Below, one piece after another: positions 41,723 through 58,000 of a stretch of 64,000 nt of DNA. A program made the translations under genes and the position numbers. The notes under the pieces were generated by a model. The model ran no database searches and had not been told where the DNA came from. It saw nothing but the letters and a program-made list of their open reading frames with translations. Every line of letters begins with the position of its first letter. Within the stretch, counting starts at the first letter, position 1. Source of the DNA: the human T2T-CHM13v2.0 reference genome, Homo sapiens. The stretch lies in assembly GCF_009914755.1 (NCBI RefSeq), contig NC_060946.1; one strand, written 5' to 3'.

Positions 41723-43338
41723 TGGGCAACCCCAGGCCGGTGACTTGCCCTCAGCCTCCTCAGTAAATGAGGGGCTGATCCAACCTGGTCAAGCTACTTC
41801 TCCCCATCAAGGGTCTATAATCCACCCTTAACCTGCTTGGTCCAAACCCCTGGTGTCACTGGGTCACTCACGAGGCAGCTCATCTGGACTCCTCCCCTGG
41901 TTCCAGTTTCTCTCTCAACATTGCCTTTGAGGCTGAGGTGAAAGGTAAAAGCGAAGGGCCCCAGAGGCAACGGAGGAGCGGGTGTCCAAAACACTCACCC
42001 TTTCTAATGCACGACTCCCTCGTGGACTCACTTGTGCCATCTCCCCCACCCACCCAGCCCCAGAGCCCAGGGTGTGAGCACCAGGGGCCCGGGATTCTGT
42101 CTGCACTGCGGGATCCCCAGTGCCTCGGAGCAATATCAGCACGCGGCAAGTGCTCGACAAACGCCTGCTGAACGAGCAAATGGATGGACGACCGAATGAA
42201 TGAGCAAACAGATGAATGAATGGGGTGCTGTCCAGAACCATGAGGACTAGGCTGCCTGAGACCCCATTTCTCAAATTCTCCCTCTCACCACTTGGGAAAA
42301 CAAGACGCTTGGTGGAGGAGAATCTCCAACTGTCCCCTGCAGTAGCTGGTGCAGCGGACAGACCCTTTGATGAAACAGCCATGTCTTCATTAAAGATGCT
42401 CTGCTCTCAGAAAGAGAAAGACACGAACGTGGAAAGTCCTCACCTGCCAGGGAAAGACCCCTGCCAGGGAGCAGAGAAAAGATGCACCCACCACGGACGC
42501 CACGACCACACACACTCTCCCTGGCCGCTGCACACAAATACAAACCCTAACTGGCAAGAGCAGAGGGACCAGGAAACTGTCCCTAGAGTCAGGAACCCCA
42601 TGTGCTCAGACAGCAGTGTAAGCAAGATTTCTCCACCCACTGGATGCCAGGAGAGTCCTCCTAGGGGGCCCCTACACCGAGACTCTGCCCCCCTCTTAGG
42701 ACTGTCCCTGAGTTGGAAGCCAGCCCACTTGGAAGCCCCCTGCCCTCCCAAGTGGAACACTGGCACAGGAAGCAGGCCCTGTCCCCACCACCTTCTGCAA
42801 GCTGGGCCCCATCATGCTACAGAAACGGGGAGACCTGGTCTCAGGGATGGCGCTTTCCTGACATCTCTTGTTACCCCCTCGCTCACCAGGCCCTAGGGTC
42901 AGCCCCAGAGGCCAAACCAGCTACCCCAGGCCCAGGAGCATCCCCGAAGGCGAGCTGCATCCTGAAAGTGTGTGATTTCCCGAAAGGCCCACCCCGAACC
43001 TGACACCTGGAAAGAAAGATCCTCAGCCGGTGCCGCAGAGGAGAAGAGCCATGCCTCATTGCAACACAGTCCTGGGGAGCACCAAGTGCCTGAGGACCAA
43101 GGCGGAGGGTAAAAAAGTGGGAAAACATCTAGAGCAAAAAACAAAAACAAAACAGGATTGACCTCCTAGGCTCAAGAGATCCTCCCAACTCAGCTTCCTG
43201 AGCAGCTGGGACCACAGACTTGAATCACCACATTCGCCAAGTGGATCATTTTGAACGGGTTGGCCGACGCTCCTTCTGGGGCACCCCCGCTGGCTGCAGC
43301 CCATTGCTGCCAGGCCCCGCCCCGTCCCACTGCCTCAC

Positions 43339-43470
43339 TGGCCTCACATGCCCTGCCGTTGTCCTGCAGCTGCACACCCATGGGGCAGGCGCACATGTAG
43401 AAAGTCTCCCTTAGGGACAGCAGACACAGGTGGGAGCAGCCACCATTGTCCTCCTCACAGCGAGTGTGGA
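43339..43470 (-). pseudogene. LRP5L: LRP5L exon homologous to LRP5 exon 5 (EGF-like 1: [18 protein letters not shown]...[18 protein letters not shown])
   Basis: 132 nt, six cysteines retained, donor reads ca|gtgagg. Confidence 0.93.
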
Positions 43471-44486
43471 CTGGGAAAACCAGGACAGAGTGAGAGAAGG
43501 TTCCAGAAAAGGACCATCACTTATTTCTGAATCAGTCGCATCCTGCCTCGTCTCCTGTGACAGCCCCTAGTGTGTCCCTCTGCCCAAACGCCAGCCTCAA
43601 GTGGCATCAGGGACCTCCCCGCAGGCACCACTCCACCTACCTCATCGCTGGCCCCCTCCACATTGGGCCCTCAGCCCGGCCAGACGGTCTGCAATTTCCC
43701 CAAAACCAGCCGTGACCTTCCTGGCCACCCTCACACCCAGATGTGACCTGCCCATGGAGTGGCATCCTCACCACCTGCTCCCTCCCACCAAGCTCCTATG
43801 ATTAGAAAACACTCCCCAGCTCCTCGAGGCCCATAAGGACACCCCTTTGCAAGGCTGCCCCCCACACTAAAATGGCAGGAGTCAAGACCTGCCTGCATGG
43901 TAGTGATGGCAACCCCAGAGACAGTGGGCTCCTGGGCAAAAGGCCTGTTTTGTCTTTGCAGCTTCCACAGGATCACTGTCCCTCTTGCCAGGAAGGCCAA
44001 GCTTGTCACTCTCCCAAGCCCTTCTATGACCAACAGCAATTGAATGGAACTCAATAATGCTTCCAGCACCTCATTCTAACCAGGGGAAAGCTGGGGTGTA
44101 GCAGCCCCAAAATACGGAGTTAACTGGAACAACAAACAAACCAAAATGAACCTCCCCCTCCCTCACACTGCCCCAAGTGTAGATGGGTTTTGTGACCATG
44201 ACTTTCTCAACAGGAAACAGCTCCAGAGAGCCCCACCCTCCTGTGTCCTGCTCTGTGAACAGCTGCCACCCGAGTCCCAAAGTCCTAACCTTCCGTAATG
44301 ACTTAGCCAGAAATCTCCATCCCTGGTCCCTGTGGGGGTGGGCCACTGTCCCCAGAGCCGCAGCCCCACTGTCACAGAAGCTGGTGCATTTCCCCATCAG
44401 GGACTCTGTCCCAACCCTGCGTGGCCCCCAGGCTGAGAACTGCTGACTTTGAGCAGGTTATTCATTGATAAATATGCAACTTGCAG

Positions 44487-44668
44487 GGCCAAGCATGGTG
44501 GCTCACATCTGTGCCCCAGCACTTTGGGAGGTCAAGGTGTGAGGATCACTGGAACCCAGGAGTTTGAGACCAGCCTGGGCAATGCGGCAAGATCTTGTCT
44601 CTGTTAAAAATACATATACATATATATCTATCTTAGTATGCATATATATATATATATATATATATACA
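44487..44668 (+). mobile_element. Alu left monomer/FLAM followed by (TA)n microsatellite
   Basis: Monomer to ~44610; pure TA run ~44642-44666. Confidence 0.88.
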
Positions 44669-44961
44669 TGCAACTTCTTCTGGGCCTTGAAAATGAGGCG
44701 ACCTCCCTTGGGAATCCCCTTGCCACTGCTGAGCCCTAGAACAGCCCACACAAGCCCTGCAGAGGGGTCCTCTGCAGACCCGTGCCCCCTGGCCAGCCAC
44801 GCACTCTGCACACACCTCCCTCCATTGCAGCAGGCACCCCTTAGAGAGGGGGCCCCCCAGAGCATGGAGTTTTGCAGGGAGGGGCCGCCCACCTCCCACC
44901 CCACCCACCATGCCCCCACATCCCCATGCCCCCACATCCCCACGCCCCAGCCGGCACTCAC

Positions 44962-45157
44962 AGAAAGGCTGCTGCTCCTGGCTCAGCACCTGGATATCCA
45001 TGCTGAGTAGAGGGCGCTCAAGATCTCGTTCCTCTTCCCCGCAGTGTTCCTGTTGCAGGCATGGATGGAGCACGTCAGCCAGTCCATCCAGTGCAGAGTG
45101 TCCCCGGAGAGTGTCAGGGTGAAGGGGTGCGTCAGGCTGCCCTTCACCACCTTCTGC
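44962..45157 (-). pseudogene. LRP5L: LRP5L exon homologous to LRP5 exon 4 ([26 protein letters not shown]...), 1-nt deletion near 45003
   Basis: cag|gcagaag acceptor, |gtgagt donor; 196 nt; LYS and [13 protein letters not shown] fall in different frames. Confidence 0.93.
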
Positions 45158-45220
45158 CTGCAGTCAGGGAGGCGGGGTAGAGAGCCATCAGGAGGGTCCC
45201 CCAACAGTCATTGCTGCTGA

Positions 45221-45553
<333 letters not shown>

Positions 45554-46205
45554 TGAGGCCAGGTCAAGAGCCCCAGGAGTTGGCGCCCTCGTACATCTCT
45601 CCTGGCGTGCACAGGGCGCCTCCCAAACCCAGTCTGTGACAGTGACACATGGAGTCCCCCAGGTCAAGTGGCAAAGTCTCCCCCAGGGAAGAAAGGAGGA
45701 AGCCCCACCTGGTGAAAAGGACACCTCTCCTGCCCAAGGCTTAAACCTCTGAATACAAATCAGGCCACGTGCACTTGCTCCTTCTTACAATGCTCATAAT
45801 TTATATTTTCAGAGTAAATTAAACGTGGCATCAACACGAGAAACAGCTATTCTTTTCTAGGTGCCTACAGTGCCCAGCAAAGGAGGACTCGGGTATAATG
45901 AGATTATGGACACTGGTAACAGGATCGTAATGTGACATGGTCAGTAATGTGTAGTTTTATTTGCTTAATGACCCTCTCCCCGTGACAGGCTCCCTGAGGG
46001 TGGGCCTGGGGGCAGATGGTCCCTGCCACATCCCCAGCCCTCAGCACAGCTGCCAGGAGAAGGTGACGCTCATGAAGTGGCACAGGGGAGATGGAAGCTG
46101 TGGGCTTGTGCTCTGCAGATCCACCACCTCTTTTGTTCGTTTTTGTTGATGCTGTTTTTAAGAAAATTATTGAAGTAAAATTCACAGGACATAACATTTA
46201 TCGCT

Positions 46206-46533
<328 letters not shown>

Positions 46534-47083
46534 TGAGTAATTCAGAGCTATCTAGCACATTTGCAAGGCTGTGCAACCTCCACTTCTGTCTAGTTCCAAA
46601 GCCCTTCCATTGCCCCACAGGAAAACCCCACGCCCACCAACAGTCACTCCCCGGCCCACACCCCCAGCGCCGGCAAACACTGATCTGCTTTCGACAGCTC
46701 TGTCTAACACATTCTAAACATTTCACATAAATGGAATCACAACATGCAGCCTTTGATGTCTGGCTTCTTTGACTCAGCACCATGTTTTTTGAGGTTCATC
46801 CATGCTGTACGTGTTAGTGCTTCATTCTGTTCTAGGGGTGAACCATATTCCAATGCACAGATAGAACAGTCTGTGCATCCATTCACCTGCTGGGAACCTC
46901 TGGGTCGTTTCCACCTTCGGCTGTTGTGCACAGTGCTGCTATAGACATTCCTGTCCGTTCACATTTTGTGTGAATACCTGTTTCAATTCTTACAGTATAT
47001 AGTTAGGAGCGGAATTGCTGGGTCATACGTAAATCAATGTTTACATCCTAAGGAATCACCAAACTGTTTTCCACAATGTTGCC

Positions 47084-47707
<624 letters not shown>

Positions 47708-48106
47708 ATGTTGCCATTTTTTGATGAGAAAAGCCAGAGGCCCATCACTCCCGGTTGCTTTCCGGGCCATGCTCTGCCTCAACCAGAAGCACTAAGGGAA
47801 GGTCAGCCTTGGCCCTTGCCCGAGCCACAGTCACAGATAAAGGGGCCTACACAAGTCTGTGCGGCTTCAGAGCTTGTCCCCCCGCACATGATGGTTCCAC
47901 GTGAGTAGCCCTGGGTGCATTCATGAAGAGAAATGGCTGCTGCAGAGGCAGAAGAATCCCAGGGGGAGGCAGGTAGGAGAGAAGCTGAGAACAGACCCTG
48001 GGGCTAGAGACCCTACATTCCAACCCTGGCTGTGACTCGCTGTGTGGCTTTGGGCAAATTCACATGCCTGCCTCTCTGTGCACAGGGCATCATAATAGCA
48101 AACACA

Positions 48107-48710
<604 letters not shown>

Positions 48711-49019
48711 ACATAACAGCAAACATTTCATAGAGCTGGTGTGAGCATTAAATGAACTGATAAATGTCCCTGGAAAACAGTAAATTGCTGCGCCACCACC
48801 ATTAGCATGTTTCAATTGCCATCACCCTCACTGTCTCCTGTTACCATCCTTTGACCAGGGCACTCCCAGCTGCAGCCTTTCTATCCTCTAATCCACCCTT
48901 CATAACTGTAAGATCATTCAGCTCCCAAGAACCACAGTCTACAGGGTAGCCACATTTCCAAATCTCAAACCAGACCCAGCCAGTCTGCACTTCCAGGACA
49001 ACGGGATATTTTCAAGCCA

Positions 49020-49304
49020 GCCCAAAAGAGATGTGTGGCTCAGCATAAGAGGAACAGGAGAAACCGAGGCCTCTTGCCATGAGAATGAGCTTGGAAGTGG
49101 ATCTCCCAGCCTCACTCAAACGTTCAGATGACTAAGGCCCCAGCCAGGAGCTTGAATGTGTCCTCAGATCACACCCTGAGCCAGAACCACCCAGCTAATC
49201 CACTCCTCATTGCTGACCCCCTCCCCCCCCGTAAAAAACCTGTTTGCTGTTTCAGGCTGCTAAGTTGTGGGCTGTTTTGTTACACAGCAATGGATAACTA
49301 ACAC
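49020..49304 (+). mobile_element. MLT1-type MaLR LTR 3' part
   Basis: gagcttggaagtggatc; ttgttacacagcaatggataactaaca. Confidence 0.7.
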
Positions 49305-49947
49305 ATGAGGCCTGGCGAGCACAGAGCAAAGCTGCCCAGGCCCTCAAGTCTGTTCATGTGGGTGTTGGCCTGTGTTTGCAGAAATCCAGCCACTGGGTCC
49401 TCCCATGCAGTCACTACTGCTCTTTGCATCGACACCCGCCACACCCCCTGCCTAGGCCAGGAGCTCCACTAGTGCAGGAATGGGGTGTGCCATCCCAGGA
49501 GGATCCCTGACACCTGGCACAGAGCCAGCAGCAGGCAGTACTTGGTCAGTGAATAAATTGCCCTTCACCTGTACATGGAGGGGATGTTTTTCTAAGGTGT
49601 AATTAAGTATGGGGCTGTGAAGCTATGCTGACCAGAAGGCTCTAAAAGCAATTACCCACCAAGGGGAAAACCTTCCTACTCATTCATTTGGCCCACTTTA
49701 TTGAGGACTATGTGGAAGGCCCCCTGGTGAGACTGGGGAATGCAGCAATAACTGAGACAGCTTCCGGCTGCTGCCCTCAGGATGCCTGAGCTGGGGTAGG
49801 GCCAGGGTGGGGGTGGTGGTGTGACAGGGTTATTGTTCACAACCCCCTCGGGCCACAAGCCCTCCCCAACAATTCCAAAATCCAAGACACTCTGGAGACG
49901 GAAAGCTTTTGTTGCTCATTTGGCGATAAAACCTCATTTGGTGCATG

Positions 49948-50303
<356 letters not shown>

Positions 50304-50529
50304 TTAGAATGAACATGCCACATTTGCTATAGAAATATACAGGTGCTGGGGCAAGTGTCACCCAGCCCCTGACACTGTTTCAAGTTCTGAGAAGTCATGC
50401 ATTTCTCAGGTCCCCAGAGTTTCAGAGAAGAGTCTGTTGGCCTGAGTTAAGAAGGAACGCCTTCAAAAGCACTGGGGACACCTGGGGGCAAAGGGGAAGG
50501 GGGTGCCCCGGGACTGGGCGGGTACCTAC

Positions 50530-50727
50530 CGGAACGAGCCGTCCAGGTTGGCACGGTGGATGAAGCCGAGCTTAGTGTCAGCCCAGTAGAGCTTCTTCTC
50601 CCCCAGGTCGATGGTCAGTCTATTGGGCCAGTAAATGTCCAAGTCCACAATGATCTTCTGGGTGCTGTCGTCCATCCCCACCTGCTCGATCCAGGGCGTC
50701 TCACCCCAATCTGCCCAGTACATGTAC
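50530..50727 (-). pseudogene. LRP5L: LRP5L exon homologous to LRP5 exon 3 ([21 protein letters not shown]...ANLDGSFR)
   Basis: cag|gtacatg acceptor, cg|gtaggt donor, 198 nt, frame open. Confidence 0.95.
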
Positions 50728-51146
50728 CTGTGATGGGGGCAGGGCAAGAGGAGAAGCAGCTAACACAGATCTGTTTTTTTGTTTTTGTCCACACAGATGC
50801 AGACATGAAACAATAGACAGTGAACTTGCCCTAAAATCTCACCCATCAGAAGTAACCAACAGGTAAGGTTTCAGGTATTCCTGCCTTAAATTGGGCAATC
50901 AAAATATACTATTTCCAACTTGTTCTCAGTTAACAGTAAATTCTGGGCACCTTCCCTTCTCGTGAATAGAAAGATTCCCTGTTCTTTTGATGACTGCATA
51001 GTGCACTGTGCTGTAAGTTCTTTAAATAACTTCGGGTTATTTCTGATTTTTTTGCTACCATGAAAATGCTGTAAATGAACCTCTAAAAGGCAATTCAAAA
51101 CATGCAGGATAGAGTATTATTTAGTGCTAAAAAGAAATGACCTATT

Positions 51147-51582
<436 letters not shown>

Positions 51583-53771
51583 CTATGACATTCTGGAAAA
51601 AGCAAATAAGACAGTAAAGCGTCAGTGGCTGCCAGGGGTTTGAGGAGAGGAGAGGGATGAATGAGTGGTGCACAGAAAATCAGGGCAGTGGAACTATCCT
51701 GTATGACACGTAACGGTGGGTATATGTCCTTATTCATCTGTCTAAACCCAAGTGCCAAACACCTCCCAACCAAGTACCGATTACCTCCCAAGCACCTAGC
51801 ACCTCCCAGCTGAGCATCATGCACCTCCCAACAGCACACCTAGCACACCGAGGCACAGAGCAGCACCATGCCATCCTTGTCTCGTCTTTCTATCGAACCC
51901 ACATGCAGAGTGCCTGCAAGTCAAGCTGGCTTTCCCTTCAGAACAGATCCCGTATCTTGCCACTTGTCACCCCCAGAAGTGAGGGGTCCCCGCTGCTGCC
52001 TTCTGTTGCAAGGATCCCGGTAATAACTGTGGACAGGGCTCCTGCCCCCATGCCAACCACCTCACATACCTGCTCACATAGGCACATACATGTGCACAGC
52101 TCTTGCTCCAACCAGCAGGGGATGCCCTCCAGCACGAGTCAGACGTGGCACCTCCTCTGCTCAAGACCAATTCGTCCTCTCCCCACACCTTGGGCCCTGT
52201 TCCCCTACATTCTGCTGCAGCCCCTCAAATAAGCCCCACCCCAAACTAGCCCAGGGCCTTTGCACTGGCTGATCCCTCTGCCTGGACCGCACTTTCCCCA
52301 GATAGCCACATGGTTCTCAGCCTCATCTGCTTCCAGTCTCGGCTCAAAAGTCACCAAGAGGCATTCCCGGCACCTGAGCTCCGATGGAAGCCCCTCGCCA
52401 CAGCCTCCAGGCACTGCTTTATCCCCCCACGCACACGTCCCTCTTGAATACTATTTATTTACCATCTCCTCCCACCCACTGAAAGGGCCAGAGACTGGGC
52501 TATACCAGCTGTGTGGGGTGCACAAGGGCTCACAAATGTGGCTGGATGCCTGGTTGGGAGGTGAGGGAGCTGCAGGGACCCATGCTGGGAGGGAAGGCGA
52601 GGATGGGAGGAGCACAGGTCCCAGCGACACGATGACCGCGGCAGCCGCTGGTAAGCGACCGCAGGCCGGCCCTGGGAGAGGGCTCCCAGCAGGCTGCTAT
52701 CTTCGGCCTCTCCCACTGCTGCAGATGCCCCCTCCTAGCCAGAGAGACACCAGCTGACCCTTCCAGAAAGAAGGTCAGTAACCCCACAGCTCCTGGAGCC
52801 ACAGGGCAGAGGGAGAGGGCTGAGAGGGTCACGGTTCACCAGGCAGAACAGAGGCCACCCGGGAGGTCAGCTGGCTCCCAGGCAGCTGCGGGTGAACAGC
52901 CCACTCAGAGGGCAACAAGGGCATGAGAGGGGCTCCAGGGATGAGTGGCTGCCCAGCATGGCACCCCTGGGAGGCCGGGGGCACTTCTCAGGTGGTGAGA
53001 ACATGAGGCTGCTCTGGCCTGACCTCAGGGACTCAAAATACTTGGGCGATACATTCTACCGCATCCCACCCCTGCAGGTACCCCGTACTTACACACACAC
53101 TGGTTCAGATGCAGACACTCTTGCGCACATACCCACTCACATGGGCACATACATGTGCACACATAATCACATGCACACACGCATACAAATATCCGCTCAC
53201 ATGCACACACGCAGGCGTGCGCACGCACACACAGGCTCACATCCTCCCACTCCCACACTCAGTTGCTCAGACACACACACACCTGGCTCTCACACAAACC
53301 CGCCGGGCTCTGAAACGCTCCAGCCCTTCCTGTGCTTGTCAGAAGCCAGTCGAGGGCTTCCTAAGTCGCCGCACAGAGCAAAGAGGTGAACTCAGCCACC
53401 ATGGCACTCTGCTTCCCGAGCTCCCAAACACCGGCCTTGGTGAGGACAGACCCTCACCCCGCACTCTCATTCCCACTACCCTGGGCAGGCCCAGATGAGG
53501 GGCATCTGCAGGGTCTGGCAACCAACCCCTCCCAGCCTGGCTCCTGCAGCCAGCGCCGTGGGAGTCGGGGGAGGTGACTGCGCAGGGCAACAGCAAGTTG
53601 GTGGCCCCAGGACTAGGGCCCAGGGGTCTTCAGTCCTACTCCAGAGCTTGGGCAGTATCCCACAGGGCATGGCCAAGGGAAGGGCTTCCAGAGCCCTGAC
53701 TTCAGGGAGGAGGGCGGGTGGGCTCCTGTGGCAGACCTGAGTGCCCAGCCGCCCACTTCTGGGACTTTCTA

Positions 53772-54568
<797 letters not shown>

Positions 54569-54927
54569 TTAGGATCCCAAGAGTGGAGGAGCTCAGGGGC
54601 AGACAAAACGGAGGCTGGCTGCAGAAGGTGGAGAGTGGGACCTTCGGGGGTAGGTGGGGAGAGAGAAAGCCTGGAGCTGCACCCCCAAGGTCTGTGCATG
54701 TCACATGCTGCAGAATAACACCACTTCTTCCAGCTTGGCCCCCACCTGCCCTCTCCCAGCCCAGCCACCCAGACAGCACCCCACTCCCCACACACACCTT
54801 ACATCTCCCCACCTCACACTCACCAGCTCAGGCTCCCAATGCAAACTGGAACCTGCCCTTGGCCTCTCAGCTCAGCCACCCCCATTCCTGTTGGCCCCTG
54901 GCCCCCCATCCAACTCTCTCTCATCTT

Positions 54928-54967
54928 AACACACACATTCACACACTCAAACTCACATACACACACA

Positions 54968-55013
<46 letters not shown>
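54928..55013. repeat. (CA)n microsatellite
   Basis: Interrupted then pure CA run. Confidence 0.95.
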
Positions 55014-55014
<1 letters not shown>

Positions 55015-58000
55015 CCCGGAGGAAAACCATAATTAACTGAAGTCCAGGCAAGTTTCCCGAGCAGGGACCACATTTCAAAGGTGAGGGAAGCAGGCGAACA
55101 GGAAACATACTGGGGGCACGCTTGGGGGTGAAGCAGGAAATAAGAAATCACTCGCAAAAGATAAAAAGAAAAGAGGTAGCTGGTTTTAGACACCTCTGAG
55201 CACACAGAACAGGACAGGTGCCTCCTGGTCTTCACTCAACAGGGAGATGGGCCAGACAGGTCCCTGGTGCTCCACTGCAGAGCTGGGGGCCATGGCCCTG
55301 ACACCAAGGCCCTGGGGCAGGCGGGGAGGCAGCTGTTCTCCTGCCTGTGCTCTGGGCACGGCCCAGCCCCACAAGGGAACTGGCCCAGGGCTCTGCCTGG
55401 CTACTCTGGGAAGTCCTGGGAGACAAGCAAAGGACTTGCTGGGTCACTCCAAATGGCCCAGATGTGTTGGTGACATCAGGTATCAGGTTAGGCACAACTC
55501 CGCTTACCCGGCCTCATCTGTAACCTGCCCTCTCTTCCCAACCAGTAAAGGATGCCTAGGTAGAGGGGGACAAGGCCTGGAGCATAATTACCATTATAAA
55601 GGCTCTGAGAAGTCCTGCAGTGAGGAAACCTAGTTCACTTTCTCTCCCCCAGGATTTCCCAACTGCACCTGATCACAGAACATTTTTTCGTTTCAACTCA
55701 GGAAACACATTTTGAAAAACACTGGCCTAGAGGCAGAAGTGAAATGGAAAACACCAAAGTAAAACTGAAGAGGAGGCGCTGGGCAGAGAACGGTCGGAGG
55801 CGCCCTGAATCCTGGACCTGTGGAGATCCCCAGCTCTGCATGCTTCCCTCCCTGGGCCCAGACCGCCTCCCCCATTTCCTGGATAAGAAGGCTAATGCGC
55901 ACCAGGGTGAAGGGCTTGCCTGGGCCACACTCCCGGGCTCACCCCACACCAATCATGCTCCTGCGAGAGCCAGTGACTTTCTTGATTTGGCTACTGTGGA
56001 ATTGCTTTCAACTAACCACCCCAGATACAAATGACAAATGACCGGATATAAAGGACCCATGGGTCTCTGTGATACGGCTTCATGCAGCCAGCACAGCTAC
56101 TAACATGCAGAACGAGAATGACCCCAGGCAAGTCCTCGCCTCCCAGACCCAGAACCCCACGGAGCCCACCAGGGCTGGTTCACAAGCACTGTCTGGGTCA
56201 GGCAGAGATTCCAGCAAAGGGAGGAAACATTCGTGCACTGGAGCCAGTTACCAGAAGCAAATCGCCTTTTCCAAAACCCAGGCTGTTAATGGAGTCCACT
56301 GATGACCAGAGTCAGGGTCTAGCTATGGAATACTGCACAGCAGAGATCTTCCTGAGAGAAAGTGTTTCTCCCTGAAAGCCACGTGTCCTCTACAATGTTT
56401 TAATTGGGCGAACATCTATATCTCATTGCAGTGGCCATGCACGTGCTGACAAGGGGCTGGGGGCAGGGTAGGGAGCAGAAGCTCAGGGGCCTGGTAGGGA
56501 AGGAAACAGGCCACCAGGGCTCCCCAGAAGGCATGTGTCTCTCTCGCTAACACACACATATACACACACACGTGCACACACATTCTGCAAGCCCTGAGTT
56601 AGCAACTGCGGAATGTGACCAGGTCAGTGATCCCAGGACAAGCTGCTAGGGAATATGACATTTGATTGATGTCTGCAAATGTGCATTTTCATTAATTAGA
56701 AGTTTTAGGGCAGAGCAGAGAAAAATATGTATTTCAGGGTCCCAGTTTGACCTGCCAGAAACAAGCCTGTTACTGACATTCTTATTTTCAACAAAATACA
56801 GCATTCTGATTATATACCATCTTGGTTCCACGCCTCCTGCCTTGCCAAGCCCCCGGAAGTGGCCCAAGGCCATGGCAAAGAGTGAGAGAAACAGTCCTGG
56901 GGTGGAGACTGACTCAGGGGTGTCAGTCAGTGGGGGACTGATGGCTGGTGGGAGGCCAGCAGTGATCATCCTCTCCTTGGGACAGTTAGGTAGCGCTCCC
57001 CCAGGGTCACGTGGCCACTCAGGTTTGTATGGGAGGCGACAGGAGTGGCAGACCCCAGGAGAGTGGCTCCGATGTCACAGTCCCCTCCAGGCCTCAGTGT
57101 CCTCACCCATTAATGAGCAGGCTGAGGTCTGGGATGACAAGGAGGGCTTGCACTTACTGAAACGCACAGGAGGCTGTTCGCTGATTTCTTTTATTGATGG
57201 AAGAAAACACTTTTATACGTAGCAATTAAGAGGCAGGCACTGGAACCACCGTCTGCCGATTCCTAGTTTTGCCTGCATGAAATTGAGCAAGTTAATTGAC
57301 CTCCCCCAGCCTCAGTTTCTTCATCTATAAAATGAGGGTAGTGATGGCCCCCAGCTCACAGGGCAACTGGAAGGATTAAAAAAATCAAACATCTCTTAGA
57401 GCCCGCCTAGCACACTGTGATACACTACAAATGTTAGCTATTTTTATCTATGAAGTCTAGATTTTATATCTTGGGCGTTCTAAAGCAGGATATATTTATT
57501 TAAAAACAAGGATTTTCATTAAACACATACCCCACAGAAAGCAACCCCATGGAGACTGCTCTTAATTCAGGCCAGTATCGAAACGACCCTAACTACAAAC
57601 TTTATACAGGTGTCTTGGCTGTCCTTCAAATCCAACTAAGGTGGTACTTCTCAAGTACTGTGCACATGTGTGTGTGCATGCACACGTGTGGGAAGGCGGG
57701 GCTCACAGATCCCTCAAGTACCCCATCCCCGCAGTCTCAAGTCACGAAGCGACAGACGGAGCAGCCAAGGAAGGTCTGTGCCCCGCTGGACTCTGGTGAA
57801 GCCGTCAACTCTACCTCTGCGCCATGTCCTGCAGACTGGGCTACCTTTTGGGTGGGGACCAGCATTTGATGCAAGAGAGACAGATGGAAAAGGAAAAGGG
57901 TGAGTTCGACTCCAGGTAATGAAGATAGTACCAAGTCCCAGAGTCCACAAATGCCATGCAGATGGAAGCACTTACTGCAAGGCCACACGGCAAACTCAAG